From Pristiophorus japonicus (taxonomy: Eukaryota), in assembly GCF_044704955.1 (NCBI RefSeq), contig NW_027254672.1, positions 62,001-126,000 of the forward strand: a stretch of 64,000 nt of DNA. The letters are read 5' to 3'. This document shows, one piece after another, positions 24,529 to 34,727 of the stretch. Made by a program: the position numbers and the translations under genes. The notes under the pieces were generated by a model, which did not search any database, was not told where the DNA came from, and worked only from the letters and a program-made list of their open reading frames with translations. How positions within the stretch are numbered: the stretch's first letter is position 1; every line of letters starts with the position of its first letter.

Positions 24529-25075
24529 TGTACAACCATAATGATGTAATCATATGTAACGTCTCTTGTTCACATTTATTGCAGTAATGTTGCTCCTCGT
24601 ACATATGCCAGTACAGCGCAAGCATTCTCCTGTCTACCCTTCTGTTCTAATAACCTCAATGATGATTTGCAGGTCCCGAGACTCCCGAGGTGCGAAGGGA
24701 GGCCCCTCCATGGAAGCCTGTGCCATTGCAGGTGGTCATCACCACGGGTCCAGAGGAGACTACTGAGGAGGAGGAAGATGACCAATTGTCATCTGTTGTA
24801 CCTGCGGCCACGTCTTCATGGGCGGATGAAGTAGCGGGGCCAAGCGGCTTGCAGCAGGCCACTCCAAGGTGCACAGTGCCCACGCTGACCCCACGGAGGT
24901 TGATTCGGCGAGATAGGCATGCACTGCGACAGGCAGATCCTACTGAGGACCTGGTGACACTGTCCAGGGACAGTGTCCATATCGGTCGACAGCTCCTCCA
25001 GGCGATTGGTGGGTTGACCAGAAACACTGCCGCAATGTCCACACGAATATCGGAGGGCGTGGAGCGGATAGTTTT

Positions 25076-27037
25076 GGTGGTCCCATCTGCAATTGTTGTC
25101 CTCTCCTGACAGCTAGATTATGCAACATGCAGCACACCACATTAAGCTCCGCGACCTGCTCAGGGTGGTATTGTAGGTTACCTCCTGAGTGGTCCAGGCA
25201 TCTGAAGCGCTGTTTAAGCACTCCAATTGACTTTCTAACGACATTGCATGTCGCTATATGGCTTTCATTGTAGCACTTCTCGGCTTCCATCTGGGGCTTA
25301 CGCAGGGGGGTCATGAGCCAGCTGGCAAGGTCATATCCTTTATCCCCCAGCATCCAACCGTGACCTTGTGGCTGACTCTTAAACAGGTCAGAGACAGTGC
25401 TCCCATGCAAGATGTGTGCATCATGGATGCTGCCTGGATAATTGCATTTATTGCCAGGATTATTTGCTTGTGGTTGACAACGAGCTGCACGTTCAGGGAG
25501 TGGAATCCTTTTCGCTTCCAAAGTACCTCTACATCCTGAAAAGGTGCTCGCAGGGCGATGTGCGTACAGTCTATTGCTCCCTGCACCTTGAGAAAGTTAT
25601 CTATTTGCGAGAAACCCAAAGCCCTCTCAATCTGTGCCTTCCTGGCCATAGGGAAGTTTATAAAGTCCATCCTGAGTGCGTAAAGGGCTTCAGTCACCTG
25701 TCGAATGGAGCAGTGTGTGTCGGGCGTGCTGATAGCTTCCGCAAATGTCGCCAGCTGAGGTTTGAAAGGAGCCCGATGCGTAGAAGGAAAGTGCCGCAGT
25801 AACCTTAACCTCAACAGGCAGTGCAGTCCTGATGGTGCTGGTAGACTGCAGATCTCCCTTGATGAGCTGGCATAAGTTGGGTGGCAGTGTGAGCTGCGAG
25901 GAGGATGCTGTGAGGCTGCAGAGCGACTTGGATAGGTTAGGTGAGTGGGCAAATGCATGGCAGATGAAGTATAATGTGGATAAATGTGAGGTTATCCACT
26001 TTGGTGGTAAAAACAGAGAGACAGACTATTATCTGAATGGTGACAGATTAGGAAAAGGGGAGGTGCAAAGAGACCTGGGTGTCATGGTACATCAGTCATT
26101 GAAGGTTGGCATGCAGGTGCAGCAGGCGGTTAAGAAAGCAAATGGCATGTTGGCCTTCATAGCAAGGGGATTTGAGTACAGGGGCAGGGAGGTGTTGCTA
26201 CAGTTGTACAGGGCATTGGTGAGGCCACACCTGGAGTATTGTGTACAGTTTTGGTCTCCTAACCTGAGGAAGGACATTCTTGCTATTGAGGAAGTGCAGC
26301 GAAGGTTCACCAGACTGATTCCCGGGATGGCGGGACTGACCTATCAAGAAAGACTGGATCAACTGGGCTTGTATTCACTGGAGTTCAGAAGAATGAGAGG
26401 GGACCTCATAGAAACATTTAAAATTCTGACGGAGTTAGACAGGTTAGATGCAGGAAGAATGTTCCCAATGTTGGGGAAGTCCAGAACCAGAGGTCACAGT
26501 CTAAGGATAAGGGGTAAGCCATTTAGGACCGAGATGCGGAGGAACTTCTTCACCCAGAGAGTGGTGAACCTGTGGAATTCTCTACTACAGAAAGTAGTTG
26601 AGGCCAATTCACTAAATATATTCAAAAAGGAGTTAGATGAAGTCCTTACTACTAGGGGAATCAAGGGGTATGGTGAGAAAGCAGGAATGGGGTACTGAAG
26701 TTGAATGTTCAGCCATAAACTCATTGAATGGCGGTGCAGGCTAGAAGGGCCGAATGGCCTACTCCTGCACCTATTTTCTATGTTTCTATGTTTCTATATG
26801 TTTCTATCTCACTGATGTCCTCCTTTCGGAATCGCAGCCTCCTAACGCACATGTTATCGGACAAGTTCAGCTATGATCACTTTTCCCTGTAAATGCGTTG
26901 GGTGTAAGGTCTCCTCCTCTGCACCAGTCTGCCAACTCTTTGATTGGACACATAATGCTCTTCAATATACCTTCTCCCATCGTCAGTCTGCAGCATGTGA
27001 TTAGTGACCAATACTGGCTGAGAAATTACAGGCCCAT
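25076..27037 (-). pseudogene. Harbinger (HARBI1-like, DDE_Tnp_4) transposase remnant
   Basis: VRRLRFRKEDISEI / CQLIKGDL...VKVTAALSFYASGSFQ, GAIDCTHI, KGFHSLNVQLV, PGSIHDAHI, LGDKGY, YNESH, GVLKQRFRCLD, CCMLHNLA. Frameshifts present; CR1 insertion at 25875-26805. Confidence 0.9.
25875..26805 (+). mobile_element. Young 5'-truncated CR1 inserted in the Harbinger transposase
   Basis: Uninterrupted ORF2 C-terminus (ORF 25832-26698) and a (tttctatg)n tail. Confidence 0.92.
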
Positions 27038-27210
27038 CACTATCAATCACTAGAAATGCCCTTCATTTGTCCTCAACAGATACAAATGTGATTCGATAAT
27101 TGGCAAGGGTCAAAAAGGCCCTAAAAATCACTCAGAGATTGATTCTCCTCACAAACACTTGAAGCAGCCTTTCAGTACAGATCCTCCGACTGTCGAAAAG
27201 GCGTCGGTAG

Positions 27211-28280
27211 TGCCGAGTACTGCCGAGTATTGCCGAGTACTGCCGAGTATTGCCGAGTACTGCCGAGTATTGCAGAGTACTGCCGAGTATTGCCGAGTAC
27301 TCCCGAGTACTGTCGAGTATTGCCGAGTACTGCCGAGTATTGCCGAGTACTGCCGAGTATTGCAGAGTACTGCCGAGTATTGCCGAGTACTGCAGAGTAC
27401 TGCCGAGTATTGCCGAGTACTGCCGAGTACTGCCGAGTATTGCCAAGTACTGCCGAGTACTGCCGAGTATTGCAGAGTACTGCCGAGTATTGCCGAGTAC
27501 TGCCGAGTATTGCAGAGTACTGCCGAGTACTGCCGAGTACTGCCGAATATTGCCGAGTACTGCCGAGTACTGCCGAGTGCTGCCGAGTCCTGCCGAGTAC
27601 TGCCGAGTATTGCCAAGTACTGCCGATGACTGCCGAGTATTGCCGAGTACTGCCGACTACTGCCGAGTATTGCCGAGTATTTCCGAGTACTGCCGAGTAT
27701 TGCCAAGTACTGCCGAGTACTGCCGAGTATTGCCGAGTACTGCCGAGTATTGCCGAGTACTGCCGAGTACTGCCGAGTACTGCCGAGTATTGCCGAGTAC
27801 TGCCGAGTATTGCCGAGTACTGCCGACTACTGCCGAGTATTTCCGAGTACTGCCGAGTACTGCCGAGTACTGCCGAGTATTTCCGAGTACTGCCGAGTAC
27901 TGCCGAGTACTGCCGAGTATTTCCGAGTACTGCCGAGTATTGCCGAGTACTGCCGACTACTGCCGAGTACTGCCGAGTATTTCCGAGTACTGCCGAGTAC
28001 TGCCGAGTACTGCCGAGTATTTCCGAGTACTGCCGAGTATTGCCAAGTACTGCCGATGACTGCCGAGTACTGCCGAGTATTTCCGAGTACTGCCGAGTAT
28101 TGCCGAGTACTGCCGAGTATTGCCGAGTATTGCCGAGTACTGCCGAGTATTGCCGAGTATTGCCGAGTACTGCCGAGTATTGCCGAGTACTGCCGAGTAC
28201 TGCCGAGTATTGCCGAGTACTGCCGAGTACTGCCGAGTATTGCCGAATACTGCCGAGTATTGCCGAGGACTGCCGAGTAG
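27211..28280. repeat. 10-bp tandem satellite (TGCCGAGTAY) x107
   Basis: Directly visible; stays in register with the 10-nt columns for 1070 bp. Confidence 0.98.
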
Positions 28281-28379
28281 CACCGACTTAAGGTCAGGTG
28301 AGTGCAGCTTTTTTTCAGCGACTTTTTCGACCAGCGACCATTTCGGCGAAGTGTGGGCGAAATGCCGGAAGTTGCGGTG

Positions 28380-28735
28380 GCGATAAATGGGCGATAATCG
28401 GGCACAAGTTTCCAGTTTCAGCACTATTCTCGGCCTGGCACGCAGATGACGTCATATATTTTTTAAACTTACGCCGGGCGATGCAGCACATTCATGTGTG
28501 CCAAAAGTTTGGCCGGCGATAAATGGGCGATAATCGGGTGCTAGTTTCCACTTTCTGGCAAAAATGGGCAATAGCCTGTATCTCAGCATTAAATGGGCGA
28601 TAAATGGGTGATAAATGGGCGATAAATGGGTGATAAATGGGCGATAAATGGGCGATAAATGGGTGATAAATGGGCGATCAATAGGCGTAAATGGGCTATA
28701 AGTGGGCGATAAATGGGGGATAAATTGGGCGATGA
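28380..28735. repeat. 11-bp subterminal repeats (GCGATAAATGG)n of Harbinger B
   Basis: Dispersed copies at about 28380 and 28516, tandem from about 28590 to 28735, adjacent to the element end. Confidence 0.8.
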
Positions 28736-28755
28736 TGTGCCGAAAGTCTAGTCCC

Positions 28756-30528
28756 ATAGATTCTAGAACGGTTCCCTTGGACTGGAATGTTGCTAATGTT
28801 ACGCCACTATTTACGAAAGGAAGGAGAGAGAAAACGGGGAACTACAGACCAGTTTGCCTGACATCAGTAATAGGGAAAATGCTCGAATCTATTATTAAGG
28901 GCACTGAGAAAATAATAATAGGATTGGGCAGAGTCAACATCGATTTATGAAAGGGAAAACGTGTTTGACAAATCTGTTTTGAGTTTTTTGAGGTGGTAAC
29001 TAGCAGAATAGATCGGGGGAATCAGTGAATGTGGTCTAGTTTGGATATTCAGAAGGCATTCGATAAGGTGCCACACCAGAGATTATTAAACAAAGGAGGG
29101 TTGATGGGATTAGGGGTAATATACTAGCATGGATTGAAGATTGGTTAAAGGGTTGGGAAAATGTTGTTAAAGAATCAGTAGCAGGACATTTGGAAAAACA
29201 TAATGCAGTCAGGCAGAGTCAGCATGGATTTATGAAGGGGAAGTCATGTTTGACAAATTTGCTGGAATTCTTTGAGGATCTAATGAACAGGATGGATAAA
29301 GGGGAACCTGTGGATGTGGTGTATTTGGATTTCCAGAAGACATTTGACAAGGTGCCACATAAAAGGTTACTGCACAAGATAAAAGTTAACGGGGTTGGGG
29401 GTGATATATTAGCATGGATAGAGGATTGGCTAACTAACAGAAAACAGAGAGTCGGAATAAATGGTTCATTCTCTGGTTGGCAATCAGTAACTAGTGGGGT
29501 GCCACAGGGATCAGTGCTGGGACCCCACCTATTTACAATCTATATTAATGATTGGAAGAAGGGACCGAGTGTAACGGAGCCAAGTTTGCGAGCGAAACAA
29601 AGATGGGAGGAAAAGCAATGAGTGAGGAGGACAAAAAAAATCTGCAAAAGGACATAGACAGGCTAAGTGAGTGGGCAAACATTTGGCAGATGGAGTATAA
29701 TGTTGGAAAGTGTGAGGTCATGCACTTTGGCAGAAAAAAAATCAAAGAGCAAGTTATTATTTTAATGGAGAAAGATTGCAAAGTGCCGCAGTACAGTGAG
29801 ACCTGGGGGTCCTGGTGCATGAAATACAAAAGGATAATATGCAGGTACAGCAAGTGATCAGGAAGGTCAATGGAATCTTGGCCTTTATTGCAAAGGGGAT
29901 GGAGTATAAAAGCAGGGAAGTCTTGCTACAGTTATACAGGGTATTGGTGAGGCCACACCTGGAATACTGCGTGCAGTTTTGCTTTCCATATTTACGAAAG
30001 GATGTACTTGCTTTGGAGGCAGTTCAGAGAAGGATCACTAGGTTGATTCCGGAGATGAGGGGGCTGACTTATGAGGAAAGGCTGAGGAGGTTAGGCCTCT
30101 ATTCATTGGAATTCAGAAGAATGAGAGGGGATCTTATCGAAGCGTTTAAGATTATGAGGGGGCTTGACAAGGTGGATGCAGAGAGGATGTTTCTGCTGAT
30201 GGGGGAGACTAGAACTCGGGGGCATGATCTTAGAATAAGGGGCCGCCCATTTAAAAATGAGATGAGGAGGAATTTCTTCTCTCAGAGGGTTGTAAATCTT
30301 TGGAATTCACTGCCTCAGTCTGCTTTTGGATGCTGGATCATTTAATGGATTTGACAGAAAGCGACAGGTTTTAACTGATAAGGGGTTAAGGGGTTATGGG
30401 GAGTGGGCAGGGAAGTGGATCTGAGTCCATGATCCGATCAGCCATGATCGTATTAAATAGCGGAGCAACTCGAGGGGCCTTATGGCCTACTCCTGCTCCT
30501 ATTTCTTATGTTCTTATGTTCTTATGAC
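28756..30528 (+). mobile_element. CR1 LINE (two fused pieces)
   Basis: RT motifs restart at about 29150; ends in (ttcttatg)n. Confidence 0.88.
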
Positions 30529-33500
30529 TGCTGCACCACCGTTGCTCTGAGCATCCAGCACTCCAAACCCAAGAAACACAAAAGCTGTTTCAGAAGGACA
30601 TTGGAGTGCTAGAGTCATCCTCCACCCAGAAATGTGGGCATGGAGAAGGCAAACAAGTTTATCATTGTCCATCGCCCGAGCAGTACATTTGGATGCGGTC
30701 AGCAATTCCATACAATACATTTGGATGCTGGGTTATAACCAAGTGTAAAGCTGTTATTGTATTCTAGTGCATCTAGTCATTTTAATCTCAAGCCCAGGGG
30801 TTTTTGACCAACACAGTTACATCAAGGTAACTGGACGGGTCAAACCGTGACATCACAGGGCAAGCCTGACCCTACCCTGTGCATCACAGTGAGATCAGGC
30901 ATCACAATAGGTTTGTAACCTGGGGCTACCTGAGACACAAGCAGTTTCAGTGAAGGAAAGCACTGACTGAGACTAACTGGCTGATATCTCTAGCAGTGAA
31001 TGTGGCCGGATACAATATCTTACCATTTTTGCTTTTTGAAGAGAACACTATGAAAACATCATCAACCAGCAGATTAGAGAGAAGGTTGTGAGCTTTGAAA
31101 GGTTGGGATTAACCTATTGATCTTGTATCATCATTTGTGAAAGTCAGAATGAGCAACATAACGAGTTTAATAGATACAGTAATACTGGTGCACAGTAGCT
31201 TGTTAGAACAGTACATTTTGTTGTTATTCGATCTTCTTTGGGGTTGTTAATAGTTAGTCTGGAGCCTGTTGCCTGCTCACAGATGGTTACTGAGTCCCAC
31301 TCTCAGCTCCCTCACTAACCAGACTCTCCCAGCCCTTGCGTTTGGTGCTCACTCCATGTTCTGTAAATGTAGACAACTACTTATCATTGATAGATCTCCT
31401 GGGGCATTGCTCGGGACAGTCTGCAGGGTGAGCAACAGTCACACATGTAACTGGGCCCCACTGAGAGAAGGGGGCACGGAGAAGGCAAACAATCCCATCA
31501 CTGCCCATTGCCCGCACACCCGACTCTCTGGGTCATAACCAAGTGCAAAGCGGTTATTGTATTCCAGCACATCCAACCTAAGGCCCAAGGCTTTTTGGCC
31601 AAACACCGTTGCATCAAAGTGAGGCCCTTTCACTGGACGGGTCAAACTGTTACATCACAGGGCAAGCCTGACCCTACCCTGTGCATCACGTGATCACTGA
31701 CATCACGATAGGTTTGTAAACAGGGGCAACATGAGGCAGAAGAGGTTGCACTAGCAGTTTCAGTGAAGGAAAGGGAGCTGTACTGACTGACTAACTGGCT
31801 GATTTCTCTAGGAGTGAATGTGGCCGGCTAGAAGATCTGGTGAAGGGAGCGTGAACAATGGAATCATCACTAACCAGCTAACAGTCGGAAGGGTGTTGCT
31901 GTGGAAGGTTTGTTTATTCCAGCTCGAACTAGGAGGCATAATCTTAGAATAAGGGGCCGCCCATTTAAAACTGAGATGAGGAGGAATTACTTCTCTCAGA
32001 GGGTTGTAAACCTGTAGAATTCACAGACTCAGAGTGCTTTGGATGCTGGGCCATTGAATGGATTTAAGACAGAGATCGACTGTTTCTTAACTGATAAGGG
32101 GTTAAGGGGTTATGAGCGGGCAGGGAAATGGACCTGAGTCCATGATCGTATTAAATGGTGGAGCAGGCTCGAGGGGCCGAATGGCCTGCTCCTGCTCCTA
32201 TTTCTTATGTTCTTATGTTCTTATGACTGCTGCACCACCATTGATCTGAGCGTCCAGCACTCCAAACCCAAGAAACACAAACGCTGTTTCAGAAGGACAT
32301 TGGAGTGCTAGAGTCATCCTCCACCCAGAGATGTGGGCACGGAGAAGGCAAACAAGTTTATCATTGTCCATCGCCCGAGCACCCACATCTCTGGGTCATA
32401 ACCAAGTGTAAAGCTATTATCGCATTCTAGTGCATCTAGGCCTTGTAATCTAAAGCCCAGGGTTTTTTGGCCAAACGCAGTTACATCAAGGTGAAGACCT
32501 TTCACTGGACGGGTCAAACTGTGACATCACAGGGCAAGCCTGACCCTACCTTGTGCATCACGTGATCACTGACATCACAATAGGTTTGTAAACAGGGGCA
32601 ACATGAGGCAGAGAAGCTGCACAAGCAGTTTCAGTGAAGGAAAGGGAGCTGGACTGAATGTGACTAACTGGCTGATTTCTCTAGGAGTGAATGTGGCCGG
32701 CTAGAAGACCTGGTGAAGGGAGTGTGAATAATGGAATCATCGCTAACCAGCTGACAATCGGAAGGGTGTTGCTGTGGAAGGTTTGTTTCTTCCAGCTAGA
32801 ACTAGGAGGCATAATCTTAGATTAAGGGCCGCCCATTTAAAACTGAGATGAGGAGGAATTTCTTCTTTCAGAGGGTTGTAAACCTGTGGAATTCACAGAC
32901 TCAGAGTGCTTTGGATGCTGGGTCATTGGATGGATTTAAGGCAGAGATAGAGAGTTTCTTAACTGATAAGGGAATAAGGGGTTATGGGGAGCGGGCAGGG
33001 AAGTGGACCTGATCGGATCAGCCATGATCGTATTAAATAGCGGAGCAGGCTCGAGGTGCCGAATGGCCTACTCCTGCTCCTATTTCTTATGTTCTTATGT
33101 TCTTATGACTGCTGCACCACCATTGATCTGAGTGTCCAGCAGTCCAAGAAACACAAACGCTGTTTCATAAGGACATAGGAGTGCGAGAATCATCCTCCAC
33201 CCAGAGATGTGGGCACGGAGAAGGCAAACTAGTTTATCATTGCCCATCGCCCGAGCACCCTCTTCTTGAGGTCATTTTTTTAATATTTCAAAATAGAAAC
33301 ATAGAAATATAGACACATGGAAAATAGGTGCAGGAGTAGGCCATTCGGCCCTTCTAGCCTACACCGCCATTCAATGAGTTCATGGCTGAACATGCAACTT
33401 CAGTGCCCCATTCCTGCTTTCTTGCCATACCCCTTGATCCCCCGAGTAGTAAGGACTACATCTAACTCCTTTTTGAAAATATTTAGTGAATTGGCCTCAA

Positions 33501-34527
33501 CAACTTTCTGTGATAGAGAATTCCACAGGTTCACCACTCTCTGAGTGAAGAAGTTTCTCCTCATCTCGGTCCTAAATGGCTTACCACTTATCCTTAGACT
33601 GTGACACCTGGTTCTGGACTTCCCCAACATTGGGAACATTCTTCCTGCATCTAACCTGTCTAAATCCGTCAGAATTTTAAACGTTTCGATGAGAACCCCT
33701 CTCATTCTTCTGAACTCCAGTGAATACAAGCCCAGTTGATCCAGTCTTTCTTGAAATGTCAGTCCCGCCAACACGGGAATCAGTCTGGTGAACTTTCGCT
33801 GCACTCCCTCAATAGCAGGAATGTCCTTCCGCAAGTTAGGGACCAAAACTATACACAATACTCCAGGTGTGGCCTCACCAAGGCCCTGTACAACTGTAGT
33901 AACACCTCGTTGTCCCTGTACTTTGAGGATATAACGTGCATGGTGGATAGAGGTATACCGATGGATGTGGTGTATTTAGATTTCCAAATGGCATTCGATA
34001 AGGTGCCACACGAAAGGTTACTGCAGAAGATAAAGGTACGCGGAGTCACAGGAAATGTATTAGCATGGATAGAGATTTGGCTGGCTAACAGAAAGCAGAG
34101 AGTCGGGATAAATGGGTCCTTTTCGGGTTGGAAATCGGTGGTTAGTGGTGTGCCACAGGGATCGGTGCTGGGACCACAACTGTTTACAATATACATAGAT
34201 GACCTAGAAGAGGGGACAGAGTGTAGTGTAACAAAATTTGCAGATGACACAAAGACTAGTGGGAAAGCGGGTTGTGTAGAGAACACAGAGAGGCTGCAAA
34301 GAGATTTAGATAGGTTAAGCGAATGGGCTAAGGTTTGGCAGATGGAATACAATGTCGGAATATGTGAGGTCATCCACCTTGGAATAAAAAACAGTAAAAG
34401 GGAATATTATTTGAATGGGGAGAAATTACAACATGCTGCGGTGCAGAGGGACCTGGGGGTCCTTGTGCATGAAACTCTCTTTGGGTAAACAATTAGTTCA
34501 AGTGCCCCCTGAATACAGGGGTGGGAT

Positions 34528-34628
34528 AAAGCCTCCAGTCTTCCATCCAAGTACTAACAAGGCCTGACTTCGCTTAGCTTTCAAGATCAGATGAGAGCAG
34601 GCATTTTCAGACTAGTGTGGTCGTAGGC
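34528..34628 (-). rRNA. 5S rRNA copy (pseudogene, about 20-nt internal deletion)
   Basis: Reverse complement: GCCTACGACCACACTAGTCTGAAAATGCCTGCTCTCATCTGATCTTGAAAGCTAAGCGAAGTCAGGCCTTGTTAGTACTTGGATGGAAGACTGGAGGCTTT. Box A and box C are recognisable; the segment corresponding to GCCTGGGAATACCGGGTGCT is missing. Confidence 0.9.
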
Positions 34629-34635
34629 CTAAATC

Positions 34636-34727
34636 TGCCTTTGGTGGCACTCGAACTCTCAACTTTTGAATGCTTTACAAACATCCTGATTCGAAGTCCA
34701 ATGCGCTATCCATTGCGCCACGAGAGG
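34636..34727 (-). tRNA. Intron-containing tRNA-Arg copy (TCT-family body, TCG anticodon), probably a pseudogene
   Basis: GTGGCGCAATGGATAGCGCATTGGACTTCGA-[19-nt intron 34672-34690]-ATTCAAAAGTTGAGAGTTCGAGTGCCACCAAAGGCA. Anticodon at 34694-34692; mismatches in the T and acceptor stems. Confidence 0.88.

Larger units (their letters stand above)
24048..28755. mobile_element. PIF/Harbinger element B, right part: Myb-like gene 3' exons (+) converging on the transposase (-)
   Basis: Myb-partner-like exons at 24048-24190 and 24672-25075. Transposase at 25076-27037. Subterminal repeats at 28380-28735; terminus near 28755. Confidence 0.75.

Noticed and set aside
25852-26817. Apparent TSD atctc..tgatg around the CR1
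   Set aside because: Both copies are part of the continuous transposase reading frame; the real junctions are at 25875 and 26805.
27211-28280. CRISPR-like array
   Set aside because: No unique spacers, the unit is only 10 bp, no cas genes, and the context is vertebrate.
27132-28424. Long ORFs (up to 353 aa) of AEYCRVLPST repeats on both strands
   Set aside because: Artefact of a stop-free 10-bp satellite; no evidence of coding function.
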